Assembly: GCA_030141605.1 (NCBI GenBank)
Contig: JAQGDQ010000079.1
Span: 310,001 to 374,000, forward strand
Reading direction: 5' to 3'
Length of the DNA stretch: 64,000 nucleotides
From: Tubiluchus corallicola
Lineage: Eukaryota > Animalia > Priapulida
A program made the translations under genes and the position numbers. Numbering within the stretch: position 1 is the stretch's first letter; each line of letters starts with the position of its first letter. Below the pieces are notes generated by a model. That model was not told the origin of the DNA, searched no databases, and was given only the letters and a program-made list of their open reading frames with translations. Positions 40,391-52,939 of the stretch are shown here, piece after piece.

Positions 40391-42874
40391 GTGAGCTAAA
40401 TTCTATTTATTTTATTAATTTATCATTTTTATAATAAAGGTTTCATTATAGTCAGCGGGCCCAACAAATACTTTTCAGAATGACTACCAAGCCGAGGTAG
40501 ACTTCAGCCAGTAGAAGAATTACTTTTGACTGATTTGTGTAAATAATAACAAATATTGACTATTGCGAATTGACTTGTTATTTTTTCGAATCGGCACCGC
40601 ATAAGTATGATTTAAAATAATTTTTTCAAAACTTTGAATTATCAAAATTGCGGGTGAATTTCGTAATTTGTGAGTGTGCCTAAGGCATTAGATCGGGAGC
40701 TAAATTGTATGTCTTTTTGTTCACGGCGTTAATTGTAACAACCTCTAGGATAGCTTTTGTTTGTAGCTTCTTTTCTTTTTTGTCTTAATGAAATGGTTGT
40801 CGATGTAAAAGTCAAGTAAGTCAAAGTTACATATGGAAAAAAATAAAAAAATGTATGTATTCCCGTGGGACAATTCTCTTGTGTTTTGCATGCGGTGCAC
40901 ATTTTGTTTTTCTCCTTTCAACCTTGTTAGTGTAACACCAGAATATTAATTTCCGTAGGTTTCGTTTAGTAGCAACTTTAAAGTGTAACTTTTTGAGTTA
41001 AAACGTGTTAAAAGTTGACAAATTATAGGTAAGTACAGTATAGGCAAAATTATTTGATTTTTTAGTTCCCGTGGAGGTTCGTGTCCGGGATCGGCTCTAT
41101 AAGTAGTATGACGCCTTAGGCAAAAGGCTGCTTTCTCAAATGTCAACCCATTCTACACGGTCCCCATTTGAAATTGAATTTTTGCTGTATACAGTAAATT
41201 ATAATGGTGCCCGTGTGGTCTTATGCATGTGCTATACATGTGTTATACATATACGTGTGCTAATTAACTGTAGTCAATTTCCTATCAACGGCTTGTGTTG
41301 ATTCCATTTGAAATTTGAGGAGCAACAAAAATTTCTTCAGTTTCTGTTGCACAGTCTTAAGTACATGCTGTTGGCTAGATTGTCACTCGCCTTTTCATCA
41401 AAAATTTTTTGAACCAGTAACTCCTGTCTTAATATACATTCATTTCACTAGTTTCATTATCTTCATAACCACCACTCTGGTGAAGGTTGCAAATATTTTT
41501 CATAGTGAACATTTTTGCTACTTAATAATGAATTTCAAGCTCTCTAGACTATATATACAATATATATCCTGGATAAGCATATGTCGTTTATTTTAGAATG
41601 TGAAGCAGATTTTCATACTGATTTTCTAGCATATTTACAGTAGTGATGCTATTTTATTTTTAAAGTATCATGCATAATTAGACCCTTTCCAAGAATTGCC
41701 GGACAACTCGCCGTGGTACTCATTTCATACTATAAAATTCTCACATAAAATCTTTGCCTACGTCTTTGCTGGCGAAGGAAGTGCCGGTTTAACCAACGCA
41801 ATTATTTTGGTTAATTTTTATTTTTCAATCCAAAGCGTAAAATTTCGAACAAGTATAGGGTTATCCCAAGAAAATTGGTTTTGTTTATAGTTAAATGCCA
41901 CTCTCAGTAGCATTTCCGATTTGTGAGATTTTCAGCATTCATCAATTTCTAAAATAACACGTCACTTGCTGCAAAAACGCTTTGCGCCATTTACATAAAA
42001 TCAGTTTTCTTACATGAAGGAAAAATCTTAACTGTTATGTTAATAATGCTACTTTCAAAACGAAGTTTCATTTAAAGTTAGCATTGAAATTTCACTAACC
42101 TGGTTTAAGACCTAGTATATATAAATAGGCCTATAGTTAATGAGTTATAGCATCTCACAGTGCTTTTTGAGAGATTCAGTGCACTTCAACCTATGAAACT
42201 GTTAAAAGTTTGATTTCATCATGCTACAAAACTTTCTCGCCATTCTTGAAGAGACAAAACGATCGAAAAGTTAATTGAAATTTACCTCCTTATTCGTTCA
42301 GACAGGATACCGAAATACTTATTATTACATTATTACTCAATTATTACAATTAAAAAGCTTGTCTTTGATTAGTCTCTTTATAATAAGTAACAACTGTGCA
42401 GCGTAAGTAACTAAGGATAAGTTTGTTCAAATTTTATCATTTGTCAATTAGCTTCGTAGAAATTGAGCATTACCTGCTTATCTAAAATAACAACAGCTTG
42501 ATAGAATCTGTTTATTTGTTCGTTTAGTTTTGGCTATGGCCAGCTTCGTAAAACATACATTCACATTTGGTTTTACATTTCTGAATGATAAAAAAACGTA
42601 CGTGTAAAATTCGGTTGCAGTCGTGTAGTCTCAGTCTCACGTTGTCAGGTGAATAACAATGCTAGCTACTGATTGTCTTGCAAACCTTTTGGTTAATTCT
42701 AAATTATGTGAGATAAAGGCTCATAACTAATGACCTATGTTAGTTAATATAATTTGTTTCATGAGATGAAATTTCATGAGATGAATATTTTCCTGATGCA
42801 ATTTTTTATATTGTCACACTAGCAGAAATTTTGTTTTCTGACACCGATTTTTTACATTTTAGAAAGAACTGAAG

Positions 42875-43384
42875 ATGACCGATTCCCAGGTGCTGTTGTC
42901 TCTTCTGTCCTTGACTCTTCTTTGCGTAGTAGCAACTGCGTTGAGTGATAGCGACCACGATGAATTCCCGTTAATTTACAAGGCAATGATTTCTAAAGAA
43001 ACTGACAATGCGGAACAAGCAGATGATTTTAGAGTAGAGGACAATGATTTAATCAAAGACAGTTTCTTAAACGAAGACAATATCGAAAAAGAGAAGTTGA
43101 AGCGTGGTTTTGGCAACAAGAGAGGTTATTTTAATAAGCGTGGTTTTGGAAACAAACGTGGTTATTTCAACAAACGAGGCTTCGGTAACAAGAGGGGTTT
43201 CTTCAATAAAAGGTTAACGCCTAGTGAAGAAGAAATACTCGATACCGCTGCATTAATGAGCAATTTTGATGATCAATATTTGAACGACTTGGAAAACCTA
43301 CCTGTTGAAGCAAGAGGCTTCTTCAACAAAAGGGGCTTTGGAAATAAGCGAGGGTTTGGAAACAAGCGAGGATTTGGAAATTAA
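42875..43384 (+). CDS. Achatin-family neuropeptide precursor (GFGN x6, GYFN x2, GFFN x2), 169 aa
   Basis: Hydrophobic signal peptide (VLLSLLSLTLLCVVATA), acidic spacers, ten G-[F/Y]-[G/F]-N tetrapeptides: most flanked by KR, one preceded by a single R, the last ended by the stop; no amidation Gly. AATAAA at 43655. Confidence 0.9.
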   Translation: MTDSQVLLSLLSLTLLCVVATALSDSDHDEFPLIYKAMISKETDNAEQADDFRVEDNDLIKDSFLNEDNIEKEKLKRGFGNKRGYFNKRGFGNKRGYFNKRGFGNKRGFFNKRLTPSEEEILDTAALMSNFDDQYLNDLENLPVEARGFFNKRGFGNKRGFGNKRGFGN

Positions 43385-46300
43385 ATTCTTGTTGTGTTCG
43401 ATATTCGAAAGAAAAACAAAATGGCTTTTTACGCTTTATTTCTGCTCCTGTTGCAATTTAATGTGATAAATATTTTAACGGAATTTAACTTTCACATTGT
43501 AAATGTCAGTTTATGTTTCTTGGTCTTGTTTCGAAATAGTTGTGGGTCTATATTAGACCACACCCAGCAACGTTCGTGAAAATTCGCTATTTGCTTAGAA
43601 ATTGGAAAGCAGCTTTGTGGGAAGCACTTAATTGATTTTACATTGCCCTATATCAATAAAGCTTAATTTATTTCTCAATGGCATCAAGCTATGCATTTTC
43701 CACGTGCTTCCACGAATAAACAGGTGGCCTGTTTGTTCAAGAAACACACTCCATTTTTGTAAAAATTGCTCACTGGTTTCGCATTAAAAGTTAGCTGCTC
43801 AGTTTATTACTTTGTATATTTGCGGAACAAAACAGACTGTACAACTAACAATTATAAGTTCCGAGTCCGCAAATTATCAAGTAGACATTTTTTGTCTCAG
43901 AATTTTAACTCTCGAAATAAAATAATGTTAAATAGTGTTTCTAAAGCATATATCGTTATTTTATAGGTGCTACTTAATTTTGTTTAATACACAGTACGTA
44001 TTGTTGCTGGGCTTCACTGGTTTCAGGATTAATTAATACCAAATACTTATTTATTACGATACAAAAGAATGAATCAACTGTGCATGGTAGTGAACGAGTA
44101 GTTGATTTAGGACGCGCAGCATCTAAATGAAATTGGAAATTTCTTGGCGATGTGGTTGACGATTTGAAACTTACAGTTTATGATGTTATAATTGAGCGTC
44201 TTGCCTTTTATTCTTCATTTGAAACGCGCCTTACGCTATCATAGTCATGCGGAATGTAATTATTTCAAATTGATTTGGGATTTTCTCATAAAAAGTTGTT
44301 TATTGGTCCTTAAAACAGCCAAGGTATGCATTTTGTATATATGCCTAAATAAAAGGATGAAATGCGGCAAACAAAAAGTTGCAAGCATTACTATATATCT
44401 CTACAGAGTAATATGTTAAGTAGGAACCATTGGACGTATTTTGTTCATAAATTGTCGCTTATTATAGAAAAAATAACAAATTTGTTGAGAACTTTCTAAA
44501 CCGTTTTTGCTTGTTGTTTCATACAATTGTTGTAATTATTTATATTCCTTGTCTTCTGATGATCGGGCCTCATTTATTTATTATTTATCACCTACTCAAA
44601 TGGTACAATACACGGTCAATATGTATAATTTGCACCTAGAAAAGCAAAATATAATACTGTGCAGAAGCAAGCAAGTGAATTATGATAATTATAAAGTTAC
44701 AAACATATAATACAATTATACAAGAATAAGAAAATAATGAATTATACTTACAAAACACGCATAATTCAACAAACAAATACTACGAAAATTTGAGATCTCA
44801 GCATTTTTACGGTAAAAATGCGTTACAAAATACATGTAAAAATACACTTAAAGGCAATGTAGATGTAAGACGGTTGTGCACAGTAAAGCCAAGTAAAAGT
44901 AGCTGAAAAACATGAGTTTTAAGATTGACAAAAGAAGCAATAAACTCTATTAGCTAACGCTTTATGATGTAGTGCCACTTTAATTTTTGCAGGCTTTTTA
45001 TTGGTACATTACATTTAAATAAGTTAGGGATGTCACGTATGTACTATTTTTAACAGCCCAAAACTCCTTTTTGAAATACACAGCAGTATAGCGTGTAGCC
45101 ACAGCAGTATATGGTCAAAATGTCAGTTTTTGAATGTTATATTGCAACGCCTTACCGCGGCCTACAGTTCGAAAGGGAGACTTTAAAAGTTACCAACAAA
45201 AAGATTTAATAAGCATCAATTAAATATGAGCACGTTAACATAGGTTATAAAGCATATAAAGTAAAGGCCTTAATTTCTCACACTGAAACGATAGAATGCT
45301 TAATCGAGCAGCAAATTACAAAAGAGTGAACATTGAAAATGTTGCTATTTATAGAAACGACGGCGACGAAGAAGGCGACGAGATAAGGATAGTCACATAC
45401 GTAAAGAATTAAGTTACTAATCTTCTTTGATGAAGACGATATGACCGATGTTGTTCTATAAGATTAAGTTTTAATGAATGGATAAGGTGACATTTGCGAT
45501 TGTGTAGTAACGAAATTGGTCTCTGCGAGAGCAGGTGAAATCACCGAGGGGATAGTTGAAGCTTGATAACGAATTCACATATCAGGCGACAAAAGGTTTT
45601 GTAGATCACCAATGGTGACCTTTAAAGCTGGCTTCTTTAACGTACATTCTTTGTCTGGCGAGTAGTTAGTTATGCTCAAGTGTGGTAAGCGTACACGCGA
45701 AGGCATGCTCTAAATTATAAGGGCTCCAGAACCGGGTTTATAATATGCACTCCACTTTTAATAGTTCTGATTTTCTTTAAGTGCAAGATTCTTGTGATGT
45801 TGTCCCTGCAGTTTTTGCAGAATTATTTTTGCATTCTCGAACCTATCTATTAAGTAAATATTACCATTATAAATGCAGCACACACAACATGCTTTTTCTG
45901 TATAAGAATATTTTTATTCGTTACAAATGTTTTAGTACACCAACAGCAATTATGACACATAAAAGCTATTCTGTGTGCGTACTAGGCTAAGAGGCACAAA
46001 TGTAGTGAATATACCACTGTATGAAAAAACAAAACAACACGATGTTCTATGAAGGTCTCAAGTTCTATAGATCAGGTAATGAAATATTTTTATACTAAAA
46101 TTCTTGCTTTTACAATAAAACTGTGTAATTTATTTTGACGTACTACCCTCAGTTATGGCTGCATCTAACGTAATAACGCTCTAACTTTATGAATCAGAAA
46201 AGCAAAAGATTATCTAACATTTAAGGTAGATAAAAAATCGGGACTCAGACTTTCGTCTCCCATGTCTATAACTTACTTTTTGAAAAGCATCCAGAAATAA

Positions 46301-47694
46301 GTTTAACTTCAAGCGACTGCTTAATGTTTGTCCAGGCAAGATCATCCAAAGCTCGTTCACATTTCCAGCAAAATTTAAGTTAGTAAGCGTAAATAACTCT
46401 AAAAGGTCAAAAACATTGCTAATAGACAAAGGCACAGGAAAATAGTTCGGAATGAGGAAGCTTTGGTTTAATTTTTTCTCGTAATGAAAATAAGAGAAAC
46501 ATGACAATAAAAGATATACTACCTAATAATTAATCGTGGCGTATTTTACCCTTGTACTAAACTTCAGCTTCGGACCTGCTTTACAAGCCGAGCTACGGCC
46601 CTTTTTCGAAACAACAGAACCAAAAGAGAAAAAACATATTAAAAAGACAAATTCGCAGTCCAAAAACATGTTACAAGAACGAGAACAACAACAACCTTAC
46701 ATCGAAACAGACTTCTTGTAGGAAACTTCGCTGACAAGTAATCAAAATGCTATACATGGCCATATGTTTTACTAAGCTTTGTTCTTACTAAAATCCTTAT
46801 AGTCCTTACTAAAACTACAACTTTGCTCAGCTTCACAAAATCAAAATACGCCATACCTGCTGGCAAACGTTGGAAACATTAACAAAATTACTATTGCGTA
46901 AGCAAGGCCTTAGCGGACCACTGCGTCAAGAAGGCTTAGCGGACCACTGCTTAGTAGTTTAGCTCTTTACATTTCGGGCACGGAAAAATTCGCAATACAC
47001 AAAAAATCGGACAATAGAAATAATAATGTTATAGATGATGATAACAATAATAATAAAGAGAACATACTTATGAACAAAAAAATTATATATACATGGATAG
47101 TAAAATGTTATCGTGGATATTTTGAGAGGACACTCCAAATAGTTGCGAAAGAATTTTTGTAGAACGTGATATCAAATGTTTACCAAATCATTACAAAATA
47201 CTGTTAACCAGCTATTTATATAATGTACAAAATCAGAAAAAAGCACACCTACATAATAAAAGCATATCACGGAAGGACTGCACGGTACACATGACCTATA
47301 GAAACAAGGTATTTTTTCTACTAGTGTAATGTTGCTTTTTGAATTGCCGTTATACATTTTCCAACTTTTGCAGTACGTTTGCACAAAAATTCAAAGCACT
47401 TCAACCCAAATTTCTGAACTTTTTTAATATTTATTTAAGAAAAGTGAATTAAACATACATTAACTCAATACTCCACAGCCAAAAAGTGACAATATATCAC
47501 TTAATCGAAACAGAAGTGCTGAACCACTTGGACTGCTGAGAAACGGTTTGTACTTTTTTCTTCTGGTGGCTGGGAATCGTAAAGTCCAGTCGGGAAAGCA
47601 AAGCAAGAAAATTGTCAAACTATACAATTATAATATCGAATATCCCGACTCTAACTAAAGAACCATTTCATGAGATTACAGGTATTCCACTGGT

Positions 47695-50600
47695 TCACAT
47701 GTCATTTGGATCGATGACATCCTTGTACCAGTTTGGTGCTCTGTCGGCTCTGTCTACAGACATGGTTTGCATCACTGAAATAAAAACAAAATTCCGTATA
47801 TCTGTGACAGCCGGCCAATATATTTACATAGAAAAACTATTCTATTTTTAGCAAACTGCCAAATGAAACGAGCTCGTTGATTATTAGCTCCAACGAGTTA
47901 AAGCTGCATTGTACTTGCTAATAATTAATTAATAATAATTGTTGCCAAAGTTGCTAGCAATGTGTTTTCCTCCTACATGTAATACAAATCATAGGTTTGC
48001 TTTTAATGCTTCCTTCCCAATCATATTGAATGAACCAATGGATTTCAATAGACAATGGCAATATATACTTGATAAATATTTAAAAAATAACCCAGATATG
48101 CGATATATCAATCATGAGATGCATTAATTAGTAACAAAACTAAAACTTACACACGCCTCTGTTTGGGTGTGGCATTCCTTCCAAAAATGGATTTGGTGGT
48201 AGTGCTTGCCGTGGGTCTTGATGTCTGTAGTAACCATCATCAAATGACTGTCGATGTCTGATGTCCAACTGATCAATAGGATTGTACTGATATCCATCAT
48301 CTACAGCTATACGTTGCTCTCTTGGCAGTGCTCTGGGATTCACAACTCCCATTCCCATTGGATCTCGTGGTGGTCTGAAACTTCTGTCATCATACTGAGC
48401 GTACTGATCATCCATATATTCACGTGGTATCCTTTGCCCACGTGGTGGAAGGTTGACTCGATCTAAGCTACCATAATTGTCTTTTTGTCGAGGAGGACGT
48501 CGCCCACCTCGGCTACTTTGGTAGTCATCAGTGGAGTCAGTACTACCATGTCGCACATCTCCGAGCAATTCCCGTCTTAGCATTTCTGTAGTTCTATCAG
48601 CTGCAGTGGTATCCAACTTGTCAATGTTGTCTAAAATTTCTTTAGCTTTAAATTCTGCAAGTGGTGGTCCTTGAGGAAGTTTTGCATTATCCAGGTTGAG
48701 GTCTGGTTTTGACAGTGGAAACTTAATGTTATCCAGTCTACCTAAGCTGGAGACACTGGATGCTCGCTCCCGTCTATTATTGATGAACGATCGATGTCTG
48801 GAGAGGAAGTTGTCCACATCATTATTGGCATCATTACCTTCACCATCACTTTGGGAAATCGAAAGACAGTATTCAGAATAACGTCAAAATAAAGTCAGAA
48901 TAACCTTTTTATTTAACAGAACTGAATCTAATAGCCCAAGATATCCACATCTACTCTATAACAGTTAGTCAACCACTAAATGTAATATACTCGCCTAAAT
49001 TAATAATGATGATTGACCGCAAAATAACCTATGAAGATTTATGATTTCACTTGACAAAGAACCGAGTATTGTGCACATTGTGCCCCATAAAATCCAATGT
49101 TATGAATAAGTTTATTTGCAAGACTTTTAAGATAATCAACTATTCCGGTTGCTGGAAAAAACAGTGAAGAATTCCAGTCTTGATAATGTGTAGAATATGC
49201 AGTTAGAATATACCATTTAAAAAAACAAAAAATAGACAAAATGCTTACAAATCAACGGCACAAAACTTAAGAAACAGTACCTAAGTAAGTCATCTTCTAA
49301 TTCTTCATCAGGCAATGCTTCATCCTGTAAGGCTTTGTGAAGATCCTCTATTCGTCGCTGTGCGAGTTTCAGTTCATTTGACAGTTGCTCTTGTTTTTCA
49401 TTGGCAGCTTCTAATGCAGTTTCTGCATCACGTTGCTTTTGTTGGGCTTCCGTTTCTTTGCGAACAACAGCACTGTGTTGGTCTCTGGCAATAGAACACG
49501 TATAACATGATGAAAAATAGGTGGTGCTCTGCAAGCTGTTTTAAAGCTATCTAATTTAAATATTGCACAAGTTTATTGAAAACTTCTATTGTGCAAGGCG
49601 ATCATTATGCAAATTGCACATGCAGTAACACAAGCAATTTTTGACATGAGTATTTAAACCTTTATACATATATATAAAAGTCTGCACTTCATATTAAAAG
49701 CGTTTCATAGTCTTGATTTAGCTAGACGGGAGTAAAACGAATTACTTTAGTTCTTGAAGCTGCGACTGAAGTTCGTCTATTTCCGTCTGAAGTTTTGTTT
49801 TTGCTGACTTCAATTCTGCGGCGTGTTCTTCTTGTTGTTTTTCTATATTTTCGTTTAATCTGCTAATTGTTTGCTGTAAAATAGTTACTTAGCGATTAAT
49901 AAAAGCAATCGAAAACAACTACTAACCACAAAAAGGCGACACACTTGTGCCAATTATTTTGGTGATGGTGGCGACCAGCATTAATGACGAGAATACCAAG
50001 AATTACGAGTTTGTCATCGACAAAAATTTAGGCCTATGATATCGCGCAACCATAGTGACATAGAATAACAGCAATTATGATAATATTTGTGATTTAACAA
50101 AAAGGTGATATGATACTAAAGAGAACAATGCTGATTACAATGATGATCACAAGTACAAATAGGACAACTGTGACAAACCGATGACATCAATTAGAATGGG
50201 CAAAATTAATGGCAACAATGCAAAAACTGTCAGATATTAATAAAAATCATTGATAATAGTCTATACCTCCATCTTGGCCTTAGTACTCATAGCATTTTCT
50301 AGCTGCCCTTCTGCCATAGCTATCTGGTCTTCCAGCTGCCTTACAACCATCTTGTTAACCATGACTGCTTCCATATCAGCCATTTTGTTTTTCATTTCTA
50401 TGACTGCTTGCTTCAATTCTGAATTATGCTGATGTAGATCATTCATTCGGGCCATTTGAGTTCTGGAAGCTTCTTTCTCCTGTGCTAGTTGTGTTGTAAG
50501 AATTTTAAGCTTTTTTGTAAAATCATCAATGTCCTCATTTGCTTCTTCAAGCCTGGATTCTGCTGACTTGTTTTCCCTAGTTAGAGCAGACACTTTATCT

Positions 50601-52883
50601 TCAGCCTATAATAATAGATGAGAAACTACATGTGTATGTTACAACTGAAGCAAAAATACAAACAAATCCAACAGCTAATTTAGAAGAATAGGCAGCATGC
50701 TGCAAGAATCCTAACGATGCAGGTATTGCATTCGCATTTTAAGGTCACTTGTGGACTGCACAATCCAAAACTAAAAAAAACATTCAAGTAGAAGAGAAGA
50801 GCTCAAACCTGCCGCTTTTCTCGCGTGAGTTCCTCCAGTTGATGCTGTAGTTCTTCCATTTCGTGCTCTAAAGTGGAATTTGTTTTCTGTAGAAGGGTTT
50901 TGGCAAATTCGGCTTCATCCAACTGCAAACGAAATTGTCACAACTCACAATAAAAAATTAATAGTTATTATAGCGTGAAGGTTTGCCTTCTATAAACTAT
51001 ATGCACAAGTACGTAGTAGTATATATGCAAGTGGAAGTAAGTCTCGAAATTGTTACATAACTGAAAACTTGATCCACAGTAGGCCATAAAAGCGAAGTCC
51101 AGCGCACCATGTCATACAATATATACTATTAAAATAATTAGAAGGACCAGTTTTTTTAAGGTCTGAAGTAGCAATTAATGTAATACAGATGGCAACGTCT
51201 TTTGTCACTCATTATTACAATTTAACATCTAGCAGTTGTGTTAAACTAAGGATAGCGCATGTGGGTTAAAAGTTTAGAAATGACAGACTAGCTACTTACG
51301 TAGATGATATTAAAAATATAAAATCAAATGACACTTCCTGCGAAGAACCAACCTACCAAAAGTGCACCCTACTCTTGTAGCAGTATGCTAATCAAACAGA
51401 ACAATACTATGTCTCAGATACTTAAGTTGTTATCCACACATTTGTAGTGCATGTAAAATAATTTCTTGCCTGTTTCTTTAGTAGCTTAACTTGATCGCGT
51501 TTCGGCTCTTTTTCTTGAGTGTGGGAAACCACAGCTTGAGAATCTTTCAGCAAGGCGCGAACTCGACGCAACTCACGTCTCAGTTTCTTCTCTTTTGCAA
51601 CGTCCACTTTTGGGACCTGTATGAAATGCACCAAATACAAAAAATATAATTGAAACTGTAAAAGGCTAACAACAATTAAAACAATGTTAACTGATAAAAC
51701 TTAATCAATTCAGATAAAAAACAATAATCTTTTCTTTTCCTGTCTTGTAGGTTTACGAACGATCGTACGACTCAGTATCCCATTCAAAAGTAGCAAAACA
51801 TCACTTCTTCAGTTATTGTAACTTAAAGTAGTTTAAAACAGTTATTTGTGGCTTAACTATCTTGCTACCTTTATGCAACTTTACCATTTAGTTTAAGCAC
51901 GCTTAGCTTATTTATCTGTCTTACTTACCTTGCTAAGTTTAGTGCTTAGCTCTTCTACTGTAGCGACTAATTGTTGCTGTTCTTTGGCCATCTTTTGCTT
52001 TTCTTCTTGTTTCTCTTCCAGTTGATTCTCAAGATCCCTGATCTGAAAATTTTCAAGAGAAAAACCGAATTTACTCACACTTTTTATCCGCTGCATAGGG
52101 GAGAAGTCATATGTGATTTTTTTCGCCATCATTTCATTGTTAGGCATCCATTTTCCACTTTTAAATTCTTGTTAACTCGTTAACGAAGAGGGCTAGTGTC
52201 AGAGGTACCTGGGGTAGTAGGGGCCGCAAAAGTAGTGTGGTAAACGGTGACCTCAGTTAATGGGTCAAACGCACTAGGCATTGTGAAGTATTCTTACTGC
52301 CTTTCAACTCCTGCTAAGGCTTTGTGTTAAATTCAAAATTTTTTCTTAGGTATTTTGGAAATGTGTACTTAAACTTTTAAAAAGCTGGGATTATTTAAGG
52401 GCACAAGACAGGAGCCAAAATGTGAAAATAATGCATCCAACTTTATTGAGCTATTGTGGGGGTAGATGTGTACCAGGACTTTAAAAAGCTGGGCTTTTTA
52501 AGGGCCCAAATAGGAGTTGCAGGACACTCCCCTGGGATAGGTGCTCAGACTATAGCGCAGAATGTAGAGTGAAAACTAGGATTGTTTAAAGGTCCGAGAG
52601 AGGAGCCAAAATGTAAAAATTGGAGCAAATGGCATTGTCCCTCAAATCGTAGCATTCAATAACTCAAAAAAACTATGGTAGGCAGAATCGCGCCATTCAA
52701 AATTGCAGGATAGACAGGCATTTAGATACAGTGGGTAGATGTGCACCTGTGGACGTAAAAAAAGTTTTAGTGTGATTATACACAGAAATTTTATATATGT
52801 TTTTACGAGGTCGTCGATTTTCGCACACATTCTGTGGATTTTGTGAAATCCTGCACGCACACGCACGCACACACACACGCACA

Positions 52884-52939
<56 letters not shown>

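Noticed and set aside
43095-43384. Regularly spaced 18-nt repeats resembling a CRISPR array or minisatellite
   Set aside because: These are coding repeats of the neuropeptide precursor with synonymous variation; there are no unique spacers or cas genes, and the context is eukaryotic.
45576-45707. 43-aa - strand ORF MPSRVRLPHLSITNYSPDKECTLKKPALKVTIGDLQNLLSPDM behind a TATAAA and an AG; possible sORF or alternative last exon of the myosin-like gene
   Set aside because: No recognisable homology, and the phase does not fit the strong donor of the penultimate exon. It cannot be supported without RNA data.
46903-46950. Short direct repeat CTTAGCGGACCACTGC x2
   Set aside because: A small local duplication with no further structure.
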